Assembly (NCBI RefSeq): GCF_000181795.1
Contig: NW_003526948.1
Location: forward strand, 1,253,444 to 1,317,443
From: Trichinella spiralis
Taxonomy: Eukaryota
DNA: 64,000 nucleotides
Direction: 5' to 3'
Below are positions 13,965 to 25,068 of the stretch, piece after piece. Below the pieces are notes generated by a model. That model searched no databases, was not told the DNA's origin, and saw only the letters and a program-made list of their open reading frames with translations. Position 1 is the stretch's first letter. Each line of letters starts with the position of its first letter. A program made the position numbers and the translations under genes.

Positions 13965-14742
13965 GATGAACAAACGAAAACTGAATCTAAAAAATGATGT
14001 AAATGCAAATTTTCTCACAAACGACTGAAACAGACATGTCCATAATGTATAATGCAATGAATATGCTAGAGTAAAAGAATGAATAGGGAAGATATAATAA
14101 ACAAATATTCTATAATATCAGATTAAACTTTTCTAAAATATATATATATATTTTACAAAGAAGCAACAAGTTCAGAAAACAACAGCAAACAATGCAGTAA
14201 GTCGAAGACTTTTGGAATCAAAGTTGAGAAACATTTCCACTAACGATACGTAAACTTCAATGATCACGAAACTGCTGAGTCACTTACAGTAATAACTGAT
14301 GATACTTGAACATCTTAATTAATGTTGGTATATGACGTAAATGTTCATTGAGTTGAAATTTAAAAAAGAAATAAAATATCACAAAATAATTATAAATATA
14401 ATTTATTCTTTTTATTAATCAATGGAAATAAGATTTAAATCAAACTCTACAACAGAGTACAATGATTCGTACTCATCACGCCAATATATAAATTTCTTTC
14501 AAATATTCCATTGTCTTTATTTTGGCCGTACAAGCAATTTGTTATTTTATTATTATTCTTTATAATCAGTTCATAACAATGACAAAGGAAATCCAACTAT
14601 TCACCGTTTGGTGAATACATTATTAATATAGCTGGGTTTATATATATCTACTTTGAGAATTTGATCGAAAGGAACAAACACAACGCAACGCACTAATTAA
14701 ATTTTCCATACACATAAATTAAATTCAAATAAACAAAACGTA

Positions 14743-17475
14743 TTAACGAGGTAGGCTGCACATTTCACAGTCTGCATTGGGGTGATCGTTTAGATAAGTA
14801 CAATGACCACATGCCCAAGGTTCGCTTTCTCCCACTGATTCACCTCCATTAGGCACTAGAATGCATTTCAAAATAAATAACACAGCAAAGTAACATTTAC
14901 GAAATTACTTGCCTATCAAATTTTTAAATTCATTCCATTTGATACTGTTTTCGGCCCACTGTTTTGCTAAATCTGAATCCTGCTTTGCTACAGCATCCAA
15001 CAGTTCAGCCAAATCATCCTGAAAATATTTAAGCAACGTACCAGTAAAAGAACGGTCTTAAGATAAGATTAGAGAACTGTTCAATTGACGTAAAGTAATT
15101 AGGAAAATTTAAGCGATCATTTCCGTACAATAATAAAAGTAAATACAAACATATAAATTCAATTTACCAACTCAAAAGTGACTTCAGTGTTGGTCAACAG
15201 ATAAACCAAAAAATGAAAATTCGAAATCATTTTCAAAAATTCACTTTCCTCAAATTGTTTGACATATTCACCAACGACGCGAATATTCTTAAATAAAGCT
15301 AATATGAATTGTTAATATGTACTGTATGACATTGCATACTTTTCGGCAATTATAACACAACTAACAATTTACGTGCGGTTACCTGAGCACTGCCTATAGA
15401 TGAACGATTTTCAATTGGAAATGGCTTTTTTTGGCTTGTCAACGTGTACCTCATTTCTTTTGCTAAACCAACTGGAATAGTTACAAACAAATATTCCACC
15501 GGCAGAAGACCTGCTGTTTTTCTAATCTTATTATTATATTCATCATGACACTAAAACAATATTGCATATTTGTATATCGACCCACAGAAAATATTGAAAT
15601 CAAAAATCATATAAGCCAGTCATTACCATATAATAAACATCTGGAACATAATGAGTCGGGGTGGAACGTCTAACACATGCCATATTCGGGGAAGATCGCG
15701 ACGGAAGAAGGCACTCTGCGGCTACTAAAGCGCTACCTTGATTGGACACCTGATAAGCTGCAAAATCGACCATCTTATTCTCACCTCCTAAATGAGAAGA
15801 AATTCAAAACAAGCATTTTCTTATTACACACAAACTGATCAACCTGAGAGAACTAATGTGACGAATTTGGAACCAAATGTACCATCGAGAGAATATTTGC
15901 ATGCATTTGGATATTTATTCTGGTACTTCGCAGCAATCAAACATTCTGCTGCACTTAACATATATGTATTCTATAAAAAACAAATAAATATGCAAAAAAC
16001 ATTTCTAAATACTATCATCAATCACACGGTGATGCAAAGTCAAAAATAAAAAAAATCAAGCATTTATTACCGCATTTCTAGTGTTTACCAAAAGAGTGGG
16101 ATCATCTGGATCTCTTAAAAAATCTGTAAAAATCCATCCAATTCGCTTTAGTCCCAAACATTCAGCTAAACTGTCAACAATTTCGTCATGCGGATCTTCC
16201 AATATATCAATACCGTCGGTGTATGTTATTTGTGGTGGTTCATAAATAACTGTTACCACAGCTCGAATACCCAATGGCACGTCAGTCATCGGTTCGTAAC
16301 GACCAAATAAAAATCCCATCCTCTGGCCATGACTTTTGTACCAGTAACTTAAAAAATTGCTCATAATTTCCTTATTTTCAATTTCTACGTTGTCCACATG
16401 ACGATAACGCTAACATAGAAAAAATTTTTGATATCAAAGCTGCACCTTAGAATATTAAACTACAAAATTTACTTGATGGTTCAATGTAACTGGATTTGGT
16501 TGACACTTGGAACAAATTCCCTGTGGCCATGGTAGATGGTTTCTACAATTTGGGATGATTTGGCAGCTCACTTTTTCCAAAGATGGTATAGACGCAGCAC
16601 TCCGGATACTAAATAAATTTCAAAAACATTTTAAAATAAATAACCAAAGTAAGAATGCACTTATACTCACTTATCATCGAACCCATTTTTTCTTAAATAA
16701 GCATGGAAACTTAAATAATTAACTTCCTTTTCTTTTAAAAATTCATCGTCATAAACCTGAATATAAAATTTAAATAATAACTAACATCACAAAAACCAAT
16801 TATTACATGTATTGGCAAACAGTTACTGCATTTCTTCGAATCACCATGTTTGCACCTGAGAAAAATTAGTATTTCAGAAAAAGAATAGTTTCAAATAAGC
16901 CCAATTCACATATTCGACTGATGTTTTCTTTCAATAACACCTGACTGTTTCTCCAAAATCTGATCTACCAAATCTTCTTCAACATCCTTCTTCAATTTCA
17001 TAGCAGAAAATGGGCGGTCAATATTAATATAGGAAATATTTTCTTGAACTGAAACACTTTTTGGTTGAATATGATTCTCCAAATACAGCATATCTCCATT
17101 TCTAAAGCAGTTTAAAAATGAACTAAAACATATAACTAACTAAAACACAGAACTGAATGCCATATTCTTCAATGGTTACATCCGATTCAACCAACACGCG
17201 AGACTTAGCTCTATCACGATAAACCTTTACAGGATAATCCTTCAAGTCAATCAAATCACTTATCTATAAAAAAAATCTCTAACAGATACTTTTTGGACAG
17301 CGAAATAACAAAATCTTTTTCTTAAGCACTTTTTGCAAAAGAGTTTCAACAGTGTCCGATGGCTTCAATCGTATACGGTGTTGTCCATCACGACTTTGAA
17401 CACGTATAACCTATATTTTCAGCAACATCAAATACAAGCTGCATCCTAAGACTGACTTACCATTTCTGATACCAT
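14743..17475 (-). CDS. npl-4: Nuclear protein localization protein 4 (p97/CDC-48 cofactor), multi-exon
   Basis: N-terminal VIRVQSRDGQHRI; zf-NPL4 motifs CKHG..KCSNCLP and CRNHLPWPQGICSKCQP; YRHVDNVEIEN; QRMGFLFGRYE..VPLGIRAVVTVIYEPPQ; IGWIFTD; C-terminal NZF WACGHCTYLN..CEMCSLPR*. Confidence 0.93.
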
Positions 17476-18550
17476 TTTTCGTTGCTGCCAAAACAAGCCT
17501 ATTTACCAATATATCTTAAAATAAAAATTATACTGTGCTCAATGACCAAGTGAATGTTTACAGTAAGAACCAACAAGTATTATTTTGTAATTAAGCAATA
17601 AGTAAAGTTCATTATTACATATTTGTCATTTTCGTACGTATTAATATAATTTAAAGGAAAATTTATGAACAATTATTAATGAATATAATTTAAAATTACT
17701 AACATGCAGTACGGTAAAAGGGGAATGGTGACGTGGCTGAGTAAAAGTGAGAAAGGGAAAAGAAGGTTTTGGCTGTTGCCTCATATTGATTTGTTGTTGG
17801 GCTAATTATTTTTTACAGTAGTACTCATGTAGACATCGAATAAATTCTACGTATTATATTAATGTCGACAGAAAATAAACTGTTCATTTGCGTAACTTGT
17901 TATTACACGCTTCCCCAAACATCTACGCTTATCAAACCCAAACAAATTGGAGGAAGAAAATTTACAGTATTCTTTATCCTGATTTTACGTAAACCTTGTT
18001 GCTTACAATTTCACTAATGTAACTGTTCAGTTGTAATTGTTGTAAACAACGAAAAGAATATTTTTACCTAAATTCTTGAAAATTTTACATTTACACGGTA
18101 TAAAATTAATATATTATATTACTTAATTTTTTAAGTTTGAAAAAGTAGTTTTGATTATTGACTAATTAAAGAAATGAAGAGGTATTATTTTTAAGCTTTC
18201 AATCCATATATGCATCTCTGTTTATTTTTATGCAAGCAAGAGGAATATTTAAAATTGTTACACTGTTACACGGTGCTATACTTGCTTGTGAACAATATGA
18301 ACAGATGATTAAATAGTAAAACTTAGAGAGATTATTCAAGCATAAGTTCATTTGCGTAGATAATTATACTTTATTCAAAAGCACAATTCAATCTTTCTGC
18401 CAATTATAATTTAATCAACATGCCCATAACTATTAAATTCTATTATGTGTTTGTGCTTGTAAGATACAATATGAGAAACTAGTTCCGTTGAGTAAATAGC
18501 AATAATCTGAAATGACGCCATATCTTCACTGCATCTTTTCTTTTCAGCAT

Positions 18551-20913
18551 TCATTGCAGCATGTCAGTTACTGTAAAAATGAAAAATTACAAAAACTGCT
18601 GCAAAATTTCAATTAAATGCATACCATTCATAGGCATTTCATCAATTTGTGTTCCGTAATACGATTCGATCTCGAGCAACGTTGGAATATCCTCAGTAGT
18701 TGCAAAATTAATTGCGCATCCTTTGCGACCATATCGCCCCGATCGACCAATTCTAAAAATTTACAATTTTCCAATACCAAGTACGATAAGAAAAAAGAAA
18801 TATTATTAATTATTTAAATGTGCTTACATAAATTTAAAAAATTGATTATTTTTGCAAATTACCTGTGAAGATACGCTTCGCGATTAGTTGGCACATCATA
18901 GTTGATTACCAAGGAAACGCCAGGAATATCCAAACCACGTGACCACACGTCAGTACTGATCAACACACGACTGAAGACAATTTCAAAATAATATACACGC
19001 ACATGTAATAAAGCATATGAAAATCAAAACCATACTAGATTCCATCACGGAATTTACGTACAACCTCATTTCGATCTTTCTGATCCATTTCACCATGAAT
19101 GGCGCCAACAGTGAAATTACTTTCTTTCATTTTCTCATCCAACCATTCAACCTAAAACAAACAGATATAGCGTATAAGTAAGCATTTTTCGATATTAAAA
19201 AAAGAATATTTTCAAAATATTGGGTTTACCTTATGACGTGTGTTGCAGAAAACGACAGCTTGACTGATAGTAATGCTATCGTACAAATCACAAAGTGTTT
19301 CAAATTTCCAATCTTCTCTTTCCACGTGAACAAAATACTGTCGAATTCCTTCAAGTGTCAACTCGTCGCTGAAAGCACAATTTATAAAGATGATGATGCC
19401 AAAATGATACACTACACACCGTTTCACAAGTATTCGAACTGGCTCTGTCATAAATTTTCCAGTCATCTCCAAGATTTCGTGCGGCAAAGTCGCCGAAATC
19501 ACCACCACTTGAATTCCTGGTGGCAGAAAACGATAGATGTCATAAATTTGATCTTTAAATCCTAAAATTAAATAAAGCTGTGATTAAAATCAAAAATTAA
19601 AAGAAAAAACCAGCTCGTTGCCTTTGGTCAGCATTTCATCAGCTTCGTCCATGACAAACACTTTCAACGAATCTGTACGCAAATTCTGACGAGTAATCAT
19701 GTCAAACACTCTTCCAGGTGTTCCAACGACCACATGCTGGCCGTAGTCCAACTTTCGGATATCTTCGCCGACATTCGTTCCACCAATGCAAGCGTGTGCT
19801 TGAACGTTCATACGGTCTCCAAGAGCAAGAACAACCTAAAAAAAACATCATTCACTTCCAAAAAATGAAATTTATTTTAAAATGAATTTACCTTTTGAAT
19901 TTGTTGTGCCAATTCACGAGTCGGCGCCAAAACCAAAGCTTGAGTTTCACGAAGTTGCGTATCGATTACTTGAAGAAGACCGATACTGAACGTAGCTGTT
20001 TTTCCTGTACCAGACTGTGATCTAATTAATATAATCTTTATCAAAACTCAATCATCTGAATTGGTTATTAATAGCATAAATTGAACAAAATTATTCATGC
20101 CATTAATAATACTGATGCTTTATTAATAAAACACGTTAAACATGAAATTCAAAATCAATTAATGAATGTAACGTACTTAAATATAGAAAAACATCGTTTC
20201 AAACAAGTTCACTTACTGTGCAATAACATCTCTGCCGCTTACAATGGGGCGAATGGCCCGCTTTTGAATCATCGATGGTTTGTTGAAGCCTAAAACAATT
20301 CTCTCGTAACAAATACTACTAAAATTATTCAAAAGTTACAACAACGCTCAAATAACTACAAAAACAAAAACTAAAAAAGAATAAGGCTTCAACCGCTCTG
20401 CTATTCTTACGCTGCTAGTAATATTAATGTTATCAAAATACCATTGACTCCAAATCAGTAAAAAATAAACGCAACAAAACTGAAAAATCAAATAATTTAT
20501 TTAATAAATTATTAGTCTAAATTTAAAAATAAACAATTCTGCGCGTAACCAAGAAGAAGACAAATGTTAAACTAAAAAGTTCAGTTAAATTTTATATTCA
20601 AATAAAGCTGTATGTTAACATTTCAGACAGAAACAAAAGTTATAATTAAAAGAAAATTAATTAAAATACGTACCATAGGCATAAATTCCTCGAAGCAGTT
20701 CACGTTTCAAATTCATTTCTTCAAACGTTGGTATAACAACAACATTCTCCGATGTTTCAAAATCCACTCTAGACATATCTTCTTCTTCAAAATCATCTTG
20801 CAATCTTCGTTTGCGACGAAATTCTTTGGAAGTGCTACAAATGATGATGAAATTTATTAATTTCATAGAAAAAAAAATAAAAACAAACTCTAAACTTACA
20901 AAACACGAGCCAT
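18551..20913 (-). CDS. eIF4A3: DEAD-box helicase eIF4A-III (exon junction complex core), multi-exon
   Basis: [15 protein letters not shown] (eIF4A3-type N-terminus), [59 protein letters not shown]; ends DEMPMNVTDMLQ*. The first exon is ATGGCTCGTGTTTT|GTAAGT at 20913-20900. Confidence 0.92.
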
Positions 20914-21302
20914 TTTTCAATCAACCTTCACGTTGGCACACAACAATGCTTAACTATCTGATTTACAGGCTCATCTACAAAGCATTACTGTAATTAATAG
21001 TAACCCAGATTTTTTTGTTTACTAAGATGATTTTTATAAGTCCAGAAATTTTAAAATATGATTCAAAAATTTTTTATTTCATTTCTTTTTATTATAAACT
21101 GCTAAAATGCACAATGTCATAGAAATTAATTTCTAATTTTCTAGTTTCCTTGATCAATTTTTTACTCACACTGCTAAATTTATTCAGCTTAATTAACACA
21201 AGTTAATAATTTTAAGAAATTATTTATGCACCATATTATTTTATTATGATTCCAATTACTTGCATTGAACAAGTAAAACTAGATTAGACAAAACGCTCGC
21301 TG

Positions 21303-21321
21303 ATTGGCCGGAATTGATTGG
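21303..21321 (-). promoter_or_regulatory. Two tandem CCAAT boxes about 400 bp upstream of eIF4A3
   Basis: TGATTGG occurs twice on + (CCAATCA on -) in a small GC-richer patch. Function is not shown by sequence. Confidence 0.3.
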
Positions 21322-21671
21322 TCAGATATGAATGCTGACATGTGACTGCTATGCATATTAAGGGACGTTGATCAGCTTTGACAATTTGTTTGATTTATTC
21401 ATGATTTATGATTCATCAGTTGTAAAAGTTTGTTGCCAAAAAAGTGTTAGTAAATATGACTAAGCATTCAAATTAAGAAACTACATTTGCATTGAAGCAG
21501 AACATTTTATCTATCCAAATATTTTCAATTTATTTTATTTATCATTGAAAATGGACGTTTTTTCATACTTTCATTTATATAAATTGAAAATTTATATGCT
21601 TATTAAACTTTGTGATAAAAAAAATTAAGAACGCAATTTGTTTAACATGAAAACATAAATAAACAAATTAT

Positions 21672-22140
21672 ACTCTTGTCGTAAGTAGGCTTCATAGCAC
21701 ATCCCGTGCTCACCGCATTTCTCATAGTTACAAAAAATCAAACAAATACCCAGTACAATAGGCCGGAAGTTGACAGCTATGCAGCAGTACAAGCACAAAA
21801 ACAGTATATGTGAACATGTGTAGTATTGCTTGTAATGCGAAATGCCGCACACTTTCAAAGCTTCTCCATAATCTAGCTACATCCTATGAGCCACGTGCAG
21901 TGCGCATCCGATATTCCTGTACGGAAACCAAAAAGTTCCCATTCTAGGCTTCTACAGCTTGCAAAAAACAATAAAAGCGATCAACTTAATGGGAATTAAC
22001 ATGAAATAAAATCTAGAAAAGTCAATACAAATCGCTTACTACTGAAATAAAAAAATTTCGGCTGATGGGATAAGTGCAGTTACTAGGCTTTAATCCGTCT
22101 ATTAATTATGCCGTTGCCGGCGCTGAGTGTTGTGGTTTTT
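21672..22140 (+). ncRNA. Putative third, strongly diverged member of the Pol III-like structured RNA family (or a relic of it)
   Basis: Shares the upstream element aaacataaataaa(c/g)aaatt, a degenerate A-box-like head, caccgcat and aatgcc..cactttcaaag with the copy at 22569. It has no T4 until a GU-rich hairpin plus TTTTT at 22136-22140, and no clear B box. Confidence 0.4.
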
Positions 22141-22381
22141 CTCAAAGTCTGCTAACAATCTAACAATGCCAAAATTGCGTGACGCAATACTGATGCAAAA
22201 TAAAAACTTCGCTTACTTTCATCCCAGATATAAATTTTAGAAATGCTATATTCAAATAAATCCTTTCCTTTGTAATTCAAATTAATCTTTTATGTTTTCT
22301 AAATATTTTTAATATCATAATGCAATATTCATATTATAATACAATATGATATTCACAATAAGCTGCATTTGCTATATATAT

Positions 22382-23246
22382 TTTTATTTAACTCGTGGAA
22401 ATCATTGGAAAGGAAGCATTTATATGCTTCTTAATTGCAGAAAATGAAAATTTGTAAGTTTATTAAAGGTAATTTTTAAAAATTAAAAGCAAAAATTTTA
22501 AAACTGCTTAATTTTAGTGAAAATCGGTATTAGTGTTGTAAACATAAATAAAGAAATTGATTATTAACGGTTGGAGGGTGGTGTGGCGTAGTGGTTAATA
22601 GCCAGCGAAGCCAACGCCCTCCCCAGCCGTGTTCGATTCCCGGAGACGGTTGAAAAAGCCAAGCGTACATATACACTAAGTACGCTAGCGGTTGAAGTGC
22701 CAATATGAGCACACCGCATATACACATGTTCTGTATTCAAAACTATCCCAGGCCATAACTTCCATACATGGCAATCTTACCAAAAGATGCGCCAAGCCAG
22801 ACAATGCCACCCACTTTCAAAGGGTAGTGAAGTGACTGCGATACATAATCACTGGCGAAATGGAGCATCCGCAGCAATGCGACGGGTAAGAATGAAGTTA
22901 TGGATAAAGGCCCACTGCTCCATTCAACATTCGAATCAAAAACATAGGAAGATCGGTGCTAATCTGCCTGGCAGGGGAGCACCAATCTTTTCCCACATTA
23001 AATGGTTTAAAATGTTTTCAAAGTTGCTTTACAATGTCGAATGATTTTATTTGAAATGCAAATAAATGATATGTTTACATTTCAATATGTTAATATCAAC
23101 AAATGTTGCTATTTACGTTCAAAGCGGTGCTTTCTTTTTTTTTGAATTAACTTTTAATATCATTAATTTGCTAAAAATTTTAACCTGAAGAAAAAAACAT
23201 TTGTTAAACTCATGAGCAATAATTTTGAATTAAAGTTATAAGTATT
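22382..23246 (+). repeat. Segmental duplication copy 1 (about 865 bp; partner at 28292-29126)
   Basis: Direct repeat with near-identical AT-rich flanks (e.g. ttaattgcagaaaatgaaaatttgtaagtttattaaaggtaatttttaaaaattaaaagc) at an offset of about 5.9 kb. Confidence 0.95.
22569..22991 (+). ncRNA. Putative Pol III (type 2 promoter) structured RNA of about 420 nt with a tRNA-derived head, copy 1
   Basis: A box TGGCGTAGTGG at 22584-22594 and B box GTTCGATTCC at 22631-22640, at tRNA spacing. No internal T4. Terminal hairpin AAGATCGGTGCT...AGCACCAATCTT runs into TTTT. Confidence 0.65.
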
Positions 23247-24351
23247 TGATTAAATTAATTGACTAAGTTGAATTTATTGATTTAAATTAATAGTTGTCTG
23301 TATTTTTTGAAATGAAGCTTCAACAAACTTGTATGTCAAGCTTGTTCTATTGGTCAGCCGACGCGTCGTAGCATACACAGACAACTGTAGAGATGTAGGG
23401 AAACGATCCACGTTGCGTATTCAATCGTTTGTCATTAATTAATTATCAGAAAATCTATTTATAAAAATTTGGCGCTTCACTCGCATGATTTCTGTTGGAC
23501 ATGCATAAATTGGACAAAAACAAAAACTTCCAGCTCATTAATCGTTTTCTGTGAAATGGTGTTTTTTACTCTTTGGAAAGAAGTAACGTTTCAATATAAA
23601 AGTCGACTGTTCACATTTCATTCACACAAACAGATATGGTAATTTGGACGATTAGCTAATCAATGAAAAAAAAACATGCAAATGCAAAATATGCAAAATG
23701 CCATTTTTGTTCTTCTCATTTCCAACTGAGTGCAAAAAATGCTGACAGTTAACTTGAGCTCTGTTAACGTTGAACAGCGTACGGTAAGTCATTCAAATTT
23801 ACTGCACAAAAATTAGCATAATAACCAAACAACCAACATTCACACTTTCTGAACATTTGGGAAAGCAGGGGATGATGAGACAAAAAAAAGTAATTCAAAG
23901 TCGCATGTCCAATTTCTGGGTATTCAATTGCAGTTGTTTTTTTAATAGCTATTCCATTACTTGATTGACAAAATATTCCAATCACAGCCAAATCAGCTAT
24001 AGCATTAATGTAAGAAATGGTGATACTTCACCGATTTATGCAATGAAAATTCAAATATAAAAATATATCCTACATTTCATCAAATCATACTGTTTGTATT
24101 GTCTTTATTCTCGATTTTATTTTATCTGTGCTGTTGAAGTGCTCATTTCTGGGCAATACGTGAATTGCACAACGCATAAGTTTTTATTTGAAATTTTTAT
24201 CTTTTTGTTTTCTTGTTTAGAGATTCCTGTTTTTAATTACTGAAACGGTATAAATTTCAATCAGTCTGTTTTTCAAGCTATGTGCGACGTGATTATTGCC
24301 TTAAGGTAGCGTTAATGAAGTAATAAATGCTTTTCTGAAGGTGTTATCGCC

Positions 24352-24471
24352 GGTGGTGCTGTTATCGCATTGATCAATGCCCACCGAGAGAAAAATATTC
24401 AAGAATCAGTAGTACGGTACATCGAAGGAAGCGTTGTTAGGCGTCTTAAGCCTTTCTTCATTCTTTTTTGA
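24352..24471 (+). pseudogene. Diverged orphan copy of the last exon of the neighbouring GALK2-like gene
   Basis: Translates GGAVIALINAHREKNIQESVVRYIEGSVVRRLKPFFILF*, versus GGPVVALIDAERAESFKESIEQYIAGSAFRSYKPFFV at about 27416-27526. The two are collinear without gaps. Confidence 0.8.
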
Positions 24472-25068
24472 AAATTGATATTATCAAATAATTATTTGTA
24501 TTTTTGTTTATTTTTCGTTGAGAAATTAAAAAAGTATTTTTTATTATGCTCTATACTCTTTTAGTTTTTTTTCTGAAATATCAGGTCGTTAATGTTGCTT
24601 ATTGGAGAAAACAATTAGTTTTTCATACTGAATAGTTTACTTTTGATTTTTAATTATGCTCACAATTATAATTTATTTTTATGTCACAGCTATTTTACTG
24701 TAATATTATTTGCGCGTCATATCATACAGTAATGCATTTCTATGCGTTGTGTAAAATGAGAAGATGCTCAGAGTCACTCGAAGTTACATGTTTTGATTAT
24801 TTTTAATAATTTTTAATATGGCTTTAAGAATCTCCTTTTTTGTTTACTGATTATCTGACAGAACATTTTTTCTTATAAAATATATGTAATGCAGTCTAAA
24901 TCGTGTGAAATTGTTATGATGCAAAGTACTTTTGTTATTGAAATGAACTTGTCTTGGAAAGTTATTGCAAAATAGAATGTTTCTAACTTGGATAAATTTT
25001 TAAAAATGTTAATTAATTTGAGATGCTGTTATGTTTAATAACAAGATTGAAATTTTCGATTCGTTAAG

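Noticed and set aside
20967..20974. Alternative 8-nt first exon of eIF4A3 (ATGAGCCT|GTAAAT)
   Set aside because: It is phase-compatible, but the exon at 20913-20900 has a better start context and a consensus GTAAGT donor.
22577..22650. Functional tRNA gene (also at 28487-28560)
   Set aside because: A and B boxes and a partial T-arm are present, but the acceptor and anticodon stems do not pair and there is no terminator directly after the head.
22569..22991. Telomerase RNA identity for the Pol III-like RNA
   Set aside because: No 1.5-repeat template complementary to TTAGGC, TTAGGG or TTTAGGG is visible.
22530..23044. Protein-coding ORFs inside the duplicated element (22530-22727, 22787-23044, 28569-28832, 28637-28849)
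   Set aside because: Reading frames and stop codons are not preserved between copies, and no recognisable domain is present.
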